From: Balanoglossus misakiensis
Lineage: Eukaryota; Animalia; Hemichordata
NCBI GenBank assembly: GCA_040954595.2
Contig: CM082597.2
Coordinates: forward strand, 7,279,849-7,343,848
Length of the DNA stretch: 64,000 nucleotides
Reading direction: 5' to 3'
Positions 1-12,810 of this stretch are shown one piece after another; position 1 is the first letter of the stretch; every line of letters starts with the position of its first letter. The position numbers were made by a program, and so were the translations under genes. The notes beneath the pieces were generated by a model. That model was not told the origin of the DNA, ran no database searches, and was given only the letters and a program-made list of their open reading frames with translations.

Positions 1-861
1 AAATGCAGACGTCACAACACTTTCGGTTTAAGATTTTCTACATATTCACAAAAAAACACGGGTATAGTTAACACTATTTAAAACCTTGTTACCCGGTGAG
101 TCTGGTGGCGTGTGTACGACAGTTCTGAGGTACAAATCTTCGCTCGAAACCCAACGCGAGTTGGAGGGAGACCGAGTTTATTTAGACCTACTTGCAACAT
201 TGTAACAATTTTTCGTATGTTTGCGCGCGTTCTGATATCACGCCATGTCAACTGAGTTTGAACGAGCTGTTTCGCGTCGTGTCGTCTGCTCAGTTTTCGT
301 GGCTAAAACGACAGGAATAATACCCCAGTTGGCTTTAGAATTGTACATATCGTGAGATTTGAGCGCCATAGAAACCGCAGATATCGTGGAACAGGAAGGT
401 TTAGTGTTAAAATCATTGTTTTAATAGAAATAATATTGACCTCTGAGTTATGCTAGTTTGTGTCGGTGCCAAAAGGACGCGATGTTAGTTACACGGCAGC
501 CAAATAGAATCGGAGAAATGAAGAAATGTTATCACGATACTTTGGATTTCGTGTTATTATTTCTCGGGACTTTAGTGTTTTCTCAGACAAGGTAACAGAA
601 CAGACACACAATGCATCTCGCGGTTCCGTTTTCAATGTTGAATTTTATGTTTTGACTGCATTTGCGTGTCAGCTCACAGGTCTTCACATTCATCAGAAGC
701 TATTGTGCGTCGCTGAGATTTGATTCTTCATAAACGAAAATTATTAAATAAAACATTTCCAGAAATTTAGAAGATTGTAGACTTTTCTGCTAGTTGTCTA
801 TTTAGTGCTAAAGTCACGATGAACGGCCAAAATTTAACACAGACTCGCCGTCAACACTAAA

Positions 862-1249
862 CATTCTCACACTCCTGGCACGCTGGGAGTGTGAGAACAC
901 AGGGAATAGAGAAATGAATAGTGTTGTTGTTGATGATGATGATAATAAAAACATTTTAAAAAAATCAATGATACAAAAATCAATGACGCGAGCGCTGATT
1001 GGTTGAAAAAGACTTCATTTGCAAACGCGCGCTATATGTTATCCAATGGCGCGATATGTATTACAGGGACAGAGACTACACCATGCCCAGACGACAGTTC
1101 CAGAGTCATTTATTCAATGTTTTTAACGGATTTGGCTAATATGTGACCGTGTGAGAAAAATAATCTCACACTCCCAAGGACCTGGGATCATATTTCTCAC
1201 ACTCGTCGGGGAAATATGATCCCAGGTCCTTGGGAGTGTGAGATTCTAT
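862..1249. mobile_element. Non-autonomous hairpin-bearing repeat, homologous to 22730-23049
   Basis: Both copies share ATTCTCACACTCCTGGCACGCTGGGAGTGTG, GCTGATTGGTTGA and ...GATCCCAGGTCCTTGGGAGTGTGAGATTCTATT. Confidence 0.75.
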
Positions 1250-2029
1250 TAGTGTACAGCTACGAGTGTGTGTCCTCTGTAACTGCCTTCCTTCGATAAC
1301 CATACAACAACAACCAGACGGTAAACGTTTATGCAATGGACAAATGTTTTAAACTTGGTCGACATTAAGGAAGTATGCATGAACAATCGATTGATTGGAT
1401 TCCCCAGCGATACTATTTTAACTTGCGATATTTTTGTGGTGAAACTGAAAATCGGCAGGCTGCATTGCCAGGTGTTCTGCACATGCGCTAGTTCCTCTGT
1501 CTTGAAAGAAAAGTCGAATTTCACCATCTTATAAATGTGCATTCGGAAAATAAAGCCAAAACGTATTCTTTGTGACCGAAAATACTGCTAGTGTGATTTT
1601 TATTGTTCAAATCCAACCTATTATTATTATTTAAATTGGTTTGTGATACCTCCTCGTAGCACAATTGTCATTGCAATGGACGGTTTTTAATAGGATTTTG
1701 GAAAAATGTATAATTTTAGCCCCCAAACGAGTGACATCAAAACGTGTGTTATCAAAACAAAAATCATATTTCTTTGTCTTTGACCTAAGGTACATATTTG
1801 GCGAAATTTCGGAGTGATCTGACTACTTATTAATGGAATTTTGTAAAAAAAAAGCATAATTTGAGCCCCAAAATAGTTGCCATAGAAACATGTGGTTACA
1901 AAATGGATATCATTTTTGTTCGTTTTGAGCCAAGATACCCCTATGATAAAATTTTCCTGGAAATTGGACCTATTATTATTAAAATTATGTTTATATAATT
2001 CTTTATTTAATTAATTATTTAATTTTGTT

Positions 2030-2480
2030 TTATTAAAAGAGGGTAGTCTGTGTTACAAAGTAAAATTGTAATATACAACAGAGCCCTCAAAGGCAAAAGG
2101 AGAATGAATACAACATTATGAATATTAATTAACAATGAATATTACATTATTACAATGTAAACTTTAACATATATGCAACTACCAGAAAATGTAAACCTGA
2201 TATAGCGCCGTAGGTTAAGTGCCCGAAAATTTGACAAGTCGTGGTTCCAACCTATACATGTAACATTATAAGATCTTAAGTATGATTCGGTTAACTTGCA
2301 CTCACCGAGATGGATATGATGGTGCTTGACAATGATAATACGGAATTCGAGCAAAATTTGGAAGATGGAATACGGTGTCTATCCAAAATATGAGAAAGAA
2401 ATCTGTATTTTGTTGTAGATGCTGTACAGTGGTTTATAGCCTGGATATTCGTATGCACCACTCCCATCCCAATCAAGTCA
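2030..2480 (-). mobile_element. Possible decayed 3' fragment of a non-LTR retrotransposon
   Basis: The minus-strand peptide ...YNVTCIGWNHDL... weakly resembles the C-terminal G..WN.L tail of CR1/L2 ORF2 and is followed by an A-rich tail region. Weak evidence. Confidence 0.25.
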
Positions 2481-2658
2481 AATATTCAATACGCCCCCCC
2501 ATAAAACTACAACAGAAGACCACTTTGCATTTCTCGATAACTGTACACCATATAACGCTGGTAACTCAATTCTTCCTGTCTGATTCACGTTTGCAGCTTC
2601 TGTATAACAATACCGTACATGTAGATAACCAAGAATAAGTGATTAAACTCTCTTTTAG

Positions 2659-5600
2659 GTGCTCTGGGAGGTTATACAACAAAAGACTTTTCACGATGGT
2701 AAGTTGAGAAGATAATCTACATTTGTGTAAATGATGGGTACAGACACTGATGTTTCTTTACTGACAGGTTTCTGTCTTAATTGCATGGAAAACAAAAATT
2801 CATCGAAATAATCGTAGACACATATATGATGTCATACTAGATTAGTCCGTTCACAGGTACAGCTTATAAAGTCACATGCCTGTGCAGTTTACTGCCAAAT
2901 GTAGCAGCTGTAGCTGTGTCTGCTAAATGTCATTCCTATAATGCACATTAAAGCAGTAATACCGATACTTTCAGAACAGATAATGTAGTTTAAACAGTAG
3001 TTACACAATTGAAGTCCTTCCGTTCTGGGACAAAGTGTGTCTCTCGCTGCCCCTTTGATACAAGACACACCGTTTATGTTATTCTACAAGTGGATATATA
3101 GTCAATCAACATTCAACCACACACAACTTCCATTCTACTTGTAGGATATGAGAGTAAAAATCTCGCCAAATTGAATAAATGGTAAAGATTGATTATTCAT
3201 GTTGGCGAGTGTTTCACTCCCATGTCTACAAGTGGGATTAAGTTGTGTGTGGCCGAACGTTGATTCACTATATGTATATCCACATGTAGAATAAACGGTG
3301 TCTTCTATCAAACATAATTAATGAAAGGAGGACGGCGAGAGAGAGACTTTGTCCCTTTAACACTTTAGTAATCTTCTTCTGTTTTCTTAGGTTTTCTTTC
3401 GTGATGAGCAGTAGCGGAGAGATCTTGTCCGTATTCTACGACAAGGAAGACAAACAGGACGTTGTTTCTCTGAAGAAACTGCTGATTGGAACTTTGTCTG
3501 CGAAGTTGCACTCAACAGAGGCGACAGTGGCAAAAGGGGCACCCTGGTCCTATAGGGTGAACGAAACAGGGCATGAAGGTGCGTCTATATTGGTTTGAAG
3601 AGTAAAATATATTCACAGAAAATATGCGAATGGCAAAGTTTGACAGTAAAAATGGCAGGACCACAAACACTGAGACTCAACTGTGGGTTTCTATAGTGTG
3701 TCTTTAGTGGAAAGAATATTGGCTTGCAAAGGTTTGTAATGCATGTTCTGCGGTCAAGGCATAATTACACGTGTATCTTCTGAATGCTATTTTCATGGTT
3801 TTGCTACATTATAATAAAGTAATATGCATTGAATATATGATATTCAAGTTGCAACAAAAGTATGCTCCACCTATAAAATATTTCATAAGGGAAACCACTG
3901 GACAATAGTGGTTGCCAGTTGTAGCGTTGGTTTTTCTTCTTGTCGGTTGTTGACATTTCGAACGTTTGTTTATATCAGCGTCAGCCTCTTGCAGTGTGTA
4001 CATCGTCTTCTTATGATCCAAATGAGATCTTAATCTCTCAATTACGTGAATATGTTATAGCAATTTAAGATATTCATAAATAATCTCCGATATTTTCTAA
4101 AGGAAATCACGAATCAACATATATTGTCAGCAAAGAGAGCAATGGACTGCTTTTCAAAAGGACAAAACATGGTCACGTGGTGGAGAATGCAGACGCAAAG
4201 CATGAGAAGGTAAGCTCTTATTTTCATGCTGCTTTCGAGGACGGTGCAATTAAAGGGACAAAGAGAGAGACTTTGTCCATTTAAGTGATATCACCGCGAA
4301 TGACTTTCAACACGACATACATGTGCATTCAGAAACCATGGATGTGTTCGTGACAGCGTTTTCAAATACTGCGAATAATCTTAATGATTTCTTCGAAATA
4401 GTCCAGAGCTCTATCCATACTTTCTAATAATTGCTTTTTTTACGGGGTGTGAAGTGACATTTACACATCCGGATCACATTGCACGAATGGTTATGATGTT
4501 AAGGTCTACACGGTCGCGTGCTATAAAATGACACCTGGTCAACACATAAGTACTGATCAAGGCACACATTACAACAATTCCGTTCCTGAAATCTCTGAAC
4601 AGGGGATAAACTTTCCATTGAAAGAACCAGGTCACATGTGTATGGGGTGAAAACGGCGCGTACTCGGCAATTTCCGGAAAATTCGCGCTGATTTTCTGCA
4701 CACACTACAACTTTTCGGGCTTTTTTTTAAGATTGGCGCAATATATTTACATCCATATTTGATATTTAATACCAATATATATACTAGTTTGTATTGTAAT
4801 ATTTTATTTCTCTGTAACAATAATAGAAACAGCGATAACTCGGATACAAATGAGTAATGACAACAAAACGGAGCAAAATGTGCCAGGACATGGACTTTAA
4901 GTTGCTTGTTTGAGTGTTTGCCACATGTGATAATCCTGCTCAATGTTTTGTGTTTGTGTTTAAACACTGATCAAGCAAAAAGCTTAATAAAACGGATAAT
5001 AATTGTGCGATCGATTGCACATTCCAAATACAATTTGAAGTTCCTAGGATGGATGGGGCAACCACTGTACGGGAGAAAATTTCCCTTTTCCTTGACAGTC
5101 AACAACATTCGTGTGTAGTAACTTCAGAACTTCGGAACCACGGAACTTAGGAACTTAGGCAACCTCACAAAAACAAGATTATTTTGTTTTGATCGTGTAG
5201 TATCGTAGTGCCGTAGTATCGTTGCAAAAGAAAATAATACTATACAAAGTGTAATGACATTTTGTGAAAATGTACAATATCAAAGCACAACAAAAAGATT
5301 CCATCACGATGCTACGGTACCACTGGTTATAATATGCGAAACTATAAGCGTGTTGTAATATGAAACTTGAGACTCAGACCATGACAAGCCAATTCTATTC
5401 TTTGTGGTGTCCTGGAACATTTGGTATGAAACTATAAATCTTGTTTCAAACACCCGAACGACACCTAAGGTACCATACCTGATCATAACATCGGGTTACC
5501 ACGTGGCTGCCTCCTGCTTTCAAAGCGATTTATTGTTCTATAATATTCCCATGTTTGTTCCGGGACATCAATGAGGAACACAACGTTGGCATTGTGTCAA

Positions 5601-8600
5601 TACACATGTGGCCTCAATTACTTCACTTGATAATTCAGATTTCAGACACGTGTATTTTCCATTGCGGCACCCCTGTTAGACACAGTTGCACCTACCCTCT
5701 TCTACCATTTAGCTTCATTTCCTGTCCAAATTACAAAACTGGCTTTATTATGCTGCGATAATAGGTGTCCACACCTGGCTTTATGACCTTGATTGTTTTA
5801 AAATGTATTTGTCAGTCGTGTGTAACTGATTGTGCTTACGTAATTAACTAGCTGTGTTATTACATCATGAATCAGTTGATAACTTAGTAATCTCGCTCAT
5901 ACGGAAAAAACCGTGGCGAAATATAAGTAGTGTCGATTTGGTGTGGGTCATAAAAACACGTTCAACCTTACCTTCCCTGGTATGAAAGGAATTGATCTAT
6001 GTCAAACAGACCCAAACCGCGATGATATACAATTACGCTGTAAGTCAGACTGAAAAATTGCGAAGGATAGTTTATTTGTGATTGCGTTATTTATGAAACA
6101 ATTTGATTTGATAACCGGGCACAAAACAGAAGTAGAAAGTAAAATTACTAAAGTAAAAATTCAGTCAGCTATATGCAGAGTTTCTTTCAAAGTTAGCAAA
6201 TGTTGATAAGTATGTTGGTGGAGCAAATGTGTATAACCAAACTAAGGCCGTTACATTAGAGTAAATTTGTAACACGGTAAATATATGGCCTTGAACATGA
6301 GAAAAATTCTTTAGGATGCTTAAAAGTCAAAATGCGTTCCATAACCCTGGTGTTATGGGACTCATTTGAATAATTATTGTATGGTGATCCCGCAAATTAT
6401 TGCATTACGGAACTCCATAGGTTACAGCAGTAGGTGTATAAACATTTTACTTATTCTACCGGTACAGGGCCGGAATGGATAAGAATATGTCTAATGTCGA
6501 CACTTTGATTATTTTATAACAAGCCAAGTACATGTACTAGCGGGTTCATTCTAGCGTTTCGAATTGAGTTTTGTTAATAAAACGGCCTATACGTACATCT
6601 GGCCGGCAGGATCTTGTCCGGATGTTTATGAACGTAGGGTACACATGCACATGTACTGATAACCTAATTAGGACACTCAGTGCCACAGTTTCACACCTGG
6701 AATCTTTGAGTGGCGCTTTGCAATTAACACACGGACTGAACCATATGCGATTTTCAACGCAATGTTTATTATTTGCTGTCCAATTACAACACCTGTTCAA
6801 ACTTTAAAATCGAGATTGTGAAAATTGGACTAATTTTCATGATTGCCAATTCCACAGGCTATTCTGTCATACGTGCAGAACGGGGAAACCGTGGATTGTT
6901 GAAGATGTCGCAATATGCGCACGCACAGTATGATATAAAGCACGGCAAACTTAAAACTTGACTTTTTGGAACCGCCGGTCAAGTATCTTGGACATAAGAT
7001 CTGTAAATCAAAATCTTAACAATAATTAAGCTTTTAATATTCATTAATGCAAATGATAGCCGCATTTGAAAAAAAAAAACATTAATCAAGTAGTTTTATG
7101 GAAACTTTATGTCCCAAAAGAACATTTTCCAACTTTATCATTTTAACGCTAAATATTGCAGGACAGAAACGGGTGGTGAGAATTCCATGAGATGAGATTT
7201 ACTCTAAACCTGCGCCACTCCCAATTTTTGTAACTTACTTATATTTACAATGCAAACAGTGCCAGGCAATTTAGAAATTGATCGGCACAATTAAATGCAA
7301 TAAACCACATTATTCATGCACAAATAAAATGCATAGTTTTGCTGACAGTGTACATTGTACATAAGCTTCAGTTCTTTTTATAACGAACACTGATTATACA
7401 AAACGGTAGTTACACCTTTTAAAGTAATATTTCCTAAATTCGTAAGTACACTAAAATAGAGTCACATTACACATAGCTTTCACTGGATATCAAGGATTTA
7501 GGTAACAAACGGAAACAATTTATTTGGTTAAGAATTGCAGTGAAAATTTGTTCCCACAACCCTATTGCGCAAACTTAATATGATGAAAATAGCAAGTGAT
7601 AATATGTTTGCGATGAACACATAAAACTCTATTATGCTAATAGTGGTTAATGCGTACAAAACAATAACCAAGCTGAAATTATGCGAAATCGGAGCCTCGT
7701 CACAGTTGGTCACTTGATTTCACAAATCGTAAAGATTTATAGTGAAATATTTGGCCTGAAACTACACAGTGTGTACATCTGGACGGCACATGTGGCGCGC
7801 ATGCGTATCTGAATTTAATGAGTATCAAATGAGCACCGCGGTGGCCTTTTGCTTTTAAAGTGTTTTATTGCGTTAATTAATTGTTTCACTAACGTTCGCT
7901 GGCCAACATGTGGCCTATTTTCATTACACCAGTGTTTTATATTACTTTCCCTAACACTTCATTTAGCTTTGTTTCTGACAAAACTAGTTATGTCACTTGG
8001 TATAAAATTACTGCCAGGCAAATCACCGCTTTATTGGAATGACATCACTTTGTTACTTTGAAATGTATTGTCATACCTGATTAACCACGTCCATATGTAC
8101 TCTAGCATTGGTTTGGTTTGGTTACTTAAAGGTATACAGTCACCTCCAATTTACAAACGCCCATATATGGCTGAAAATTGCGTATTTGAGGGTTCTAAAG
8201 AACGTATGGTGGCGCTCTTTTTTTCGCGTGTGCCATCCAATGAAAATCCGTGATTGGCTAGATCTCAAGTTTACCATGGTAACTGTAGCAAAATTTCCAT
8301 AGGTGACCGTATACCTTCAACATTCCTTAAATTTTCTAACATGAAATTACCTATTCTATTCAAATGTTCACATGTACTGTAGGTCAGATTGTTGGCATTT
8401 TCTGCATGAGATCAAAACACTTCATAATTTCGTGATCTTTTCTTGCTCCATCGATGATGTGCCACAAGAGCGCTAAAGATTCATCCCGGATGTTCCTTCA
8501 AGTATACACCTCTGCACCTTGGTCATTTCTAATTTCTGCTGCTTAGATTTTTCCTTTCAAACTGCATTTTCCAATACACTGTCTTGGGAAATTTGTCGCC

Positions 8601-11600
8601 TAGTTTCGTTTTACGATTCTAGTATCCGGCATTTTATAGGCCGTAGTTTGCAACCTTATTACATTTATTACAAGTCAATCAAGTTTTATTGGCCATGGTG
8701 TGGTATCCTGGAAATTGTGCTATGGCATCGCTGAAATTTATATTATATCCTAACTAGCCGTACCCGGACACCATGTTAATCCAAACAGTAATTAAACAAC
8801 TTGGTGACAGTGAAAAGAAAAACACGCAGGCATGATATATGAACCTTTTACATATACATTCAGTCAACAATAACAATAATAACAACAACAACACCAACAA
8901 CAACAACTGATAGTGATAAAATCTCCAGAATATTGTGGGACGGCGTTTGGAGTGGGGAGACTTTAGTGGGTTTTCGAAGAAAGAACTTATCAGAAATGCA
9001 TTGGTTTCAAATTTACTATTAATATAATACACGATGATGTATTTTTGCGAGGACATAGAAGGTAATGACACCTGGCTCTGAATTTCATGTGTCTTACAAT
9101 GTATACTTTCATGGTGATATATTTTACAGAATATACTATATGACCACGCCCTTCAGATACCTCGTACAGTTAACGTTCAGGAACACTTTGTCCCTCCAAA
9201 TAAGAAACACCACCGGTAGGTTGTTGTTTTGTATTTTGTTCGTCAGATGCAACGTTCATACAATCTTAAAGCAGAACATACCGAGCAAAACGCTTAAACA
9301 GATGTCGAATTTTAATATGTGGTAGGGGTAAATGGTATGTTTTCATTCCAACTAAATCATATATGATTACCAGATATGAATTAAGTATTGTAAGTATTTT
9401 CACATTCAAGACATGTTTGTTGTATAATTACAGTGAACCGTCGGTTGCTAAGGCCAAAGACGGTACAGAATCACTATTCGAAGAAACAGGTGAGTCCGTT
9501 ACCTTTGTGTTATTCCAATCGCTACTGTGGACAGTAACTCTATGCAGTTCGGCACTACACATTCCCAGGGAGCGAAATCACGTGTGGGTATTACACCGAC
9601 CCTCACCACCATGGTTTGATCCAAATCCATTGTCTTCTAAGGTAAAGTAAGACCTCAATAGCAGGAAACCGGGGATGAACTGGTTTAACTTTTTATCATT
9701 TTACAGATATTCCTGAAATGAAGAGCACTTCCCACAGCTCTCTGAAGTACACTGGTCAACAGTACACTGATGGCGCAAGTCCAATTCAAATCCCCGAGGG
9801 CCTGATCAAGGGCGGTCTGCAGATCGACAAGGTACGTGTATCCGTCGATATGGCGACCATATCGTCAAATTCGACTCTCTCCGCGACACACGTGGTCTCA
9901 ACAGACAGATCAGTGAGTGGCCGTGTGCTATTACTTGACTACAAATCCCTGGCAGGCTCGCAATTACCACAGGTCGCCCGATGTTTACAAAATTATTCAG
10001 TTGCCATATATACACAATAAGAAAAACGTAGACTGTGCATTGTCGTGTACAAGAGGAAACGCCACCAGCGACGAATCTCACGATTTCACTCTAAATGGCC
10101 CGTTAAGATCATACTTCTGATAAATATGATGTACCGTCAAAGAAGATGGCTGAACATACATGGGGAGACATGTATCGCTTTAGTACAAGACACAATATCC
10201 TTTGCAACAATTCATCCAAAGGTAACAACATCGATTGACATAGATTGTAGAACGCTTGTGGAAGCCATATGTGTATAATTGTTAGAAAATAGACATACAA
10301 ACACACTGTTTATGAACATTTGTTTGCTGCTTTGTCGTTATTATTGTACAGCTACCGGTGCCAAAGATACCTCTCTCTGAAAATGAACGACATATAGTTG
10401 GAAACATGACGTGTATTCAGATGAATCCATCGCCAAGTAAGCAGTTTTTACTCCTACATGTAGTTTAAAATCGCCATGTGATCATATGTAAAATCATGTT
10501 GATCTTTCCTAGAGTAAAGTCACTAAGCAGGTACTTTATAAGCGTATAGACATAAATGCAGTCACAACACATTTTGAGCATTTTGCACTGGTCATAATAA
10601 AAAAGATCCTAAACATGTATCTGCGAAAGTGCCAAATTTAGTGTCTATGTAAAACTTTGCATTTACTATACTTACACGTGTTATGCAATTTAATGTAGTA
10701 CTGTATTGTAGAGAATGAAACAATTTCAGTCAATATATTATGCAAATGATCTGTGTTAACGCTATGTTTTTCTTAACTTTTCCAAGGATCACCTGAAAGA
10801 ATGCAATGTTTTCAGAATATCATTCACATTGTTGGGCGGCTATCGGATGATGACTTGGAACTCTTTGCCACGGCGTACATTGAGCCCAATGCGAGCAGTC
10901 TGAACAGTACCCGGACAGCATTCAGGGATATCGCCGTCGACGCCTTGGGGGCAGTAGCTACCGAAATGGCACAGGAGCTTCTAGCTGACATGGTACTTTT
11001 GCACGAAAGACCAAATGGAAGCCTCATCGCACAGGCACTGATTCACTTTGTAGAACTCGATTGCCCTCCAGCAGACAAAGCTCTTGTGGCAATAACCAGA
11101 CTAGCGTTCAAGACAGAGTTAATGTTTACAGGTACGCCCATTACTGATCTTAGAATTGTATTTATACTAGTTTTGTTTTTATGTTTTAAACTTTTTTATT
11201 TTTATACTTTATAGTATGACCCCACGGTAGATTACAACCTTATAGGGGTCTCTACCCCTGTATGGGAAATCCTTTAATGTGAAATAAATAAAAATAAATA
11301 AATGAATGAATGAGTGAATGAATAAATAAATAAATATCATGTTGTGTCACTGTTCCAATATGAGTAACCGACAACCTTAGACGACTGTTAAAATCATGCG
11401 TTAATTATCACACACTTACGTTACATGCGAGATAAACGTACTTATGTTTATCACACAGAAGTGTATATATAACACTATTAAATGTGCCTTTGGAATTTCA
11501 TTATTATGTAGATCCGGAGGAGGTGGACCTTGTTCACAACAGAGCGATGTTAGTTCTTGGATCAGTGGCCAAGACTCTCAAGTCCTCGGAGAGAACGGAT

Positions 11601-12810
11601 GATCAGGAACGTGCTGATGACATTGTGAAAACAATTGAGGATTCTCTTGGTGTCCATGGTACGTACGCTGACTTTCTGCCCTGTCAGAATCGATGATCCT
11701 ATTTACTTCAAAATGTGTTACTAGGAAAACAGTATGTGCAGAGATGCCAACAAGCACACCCGGTACATGTACATTAATTTGCACAGGATTTTCTTGAGGA
11801 TGTACGTTGGTCAAAATTGAAAGTACTGCCATTTCTTTTGATTGGTGATTTTTGGATTATACTGTGTATGTATAATGAAAATCTGTGATAAAATATAGGG
11901 GTCACCGCGCTTGTTTTTGAAATACGGATCCATGAATTTAGTCGATAATAGAAGAAAACTACTACATAAAAATCTGACTGTCTTTTTTTTTTGTTTTAGA
12001 TTCCTGGCATCACCGACAGATACGTTCCACTCTTACAGATGTAGACTACAGTTACTTTATCCAAGAGAAGGCCACTTTGATCCATTCATTGGGGAACGCA
12101 ATCTATCCGTCTTCTTTTGAGCATCTGTTGTCTTATGTGAATAATTCGGACAGTCATCCAATACTTCGCAGAAGCGGTGTGCACGCTATTGGCAAATATT
12201 CACATCTGCAGGTGCGGTGGATGGATGTGCGTGCGTGTGATTTGTTTTTGTTGGATGGGTGTGTAGATGGGTGGGGTTAAAATTAGTGGAGATTGGTCAG
12301 GTTTGGTTGGGTGGCTACATGGATGGATGCATGCATGCATGGATTAATTGGTGCATGGAAAGACGGGTTGGACAGACAGACAGGCAGGCAGGCAGGCAGA
12401 CAGACAGACAGGCGAAAAATCAATCAAACGCAAACAAGCAGACAGACAGGCAGGCGAAAAAATCAAACAAATACACAGACTGACAGGCATATAGGTTGAG
12501 AGAGATGATTATGCATTTCACCCTTTAGTTTGTGCAGCATCCGGGAAAATGCCTATAATACCAATGTAGTTTCACGTCTTATAGTTTATATTCAATTTAA
12601 GAAGAAACATCGACTTTCGATATGTATTAAATATTGACAGTTACGTTCCAATGATACACAATAATCCAATGTGTTTCCTTCATAGGCTGCAAGGCGACTT
12701 TTGGACTCTGCATTACACGATGTTGATGAAACCGTGAGGTATGCTGCTGCAAGCGAATACTTGCGACACAGTCACACCAAAGAAATGGGCCACGTCGTTG
12801 ATGAAAACGG
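2659..12810 (+). CDS. Domain: vitellogenin-N / large lipid transfer (LLT)-like module (beta-barrel plus alpha-solenoid)
   Basis: DFSRWFSFVMSSSGEILSVFYDKEDKQDVVSLKKLLIGTLS...YRVNETGHEGNHESTY matches the LLT beta-barrel pattern. The helical part has AVDALGAVATEMAQELL, LVLGSVA, TLIHSLGNA (compare the LKALGNAG hallmark of vitellogenin/MTP) and DVDETVRYAAA. Confidence 0.7.

Noticed and set aside
1-2658. Search for the start codon and signal-peptide exon of the large gene
   Set aside because: No convincing phase-compatible exon found. The region is mostly repeat-derived, so the 5' exons probably lie upstream of the window.
8754-9071. Minus-strand ORF with a poly-Leu hydrophobic stretch
   Set aside because: It comes from an (AAC/AAT)n tract in an intron; no other coding support.
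4210-9129. The 4.9-kb intron might hide a nested gene or an autonomous transposon
   Set aside because: Only short ORFs without recognisable motifs, and decayed repeat-like sequence.
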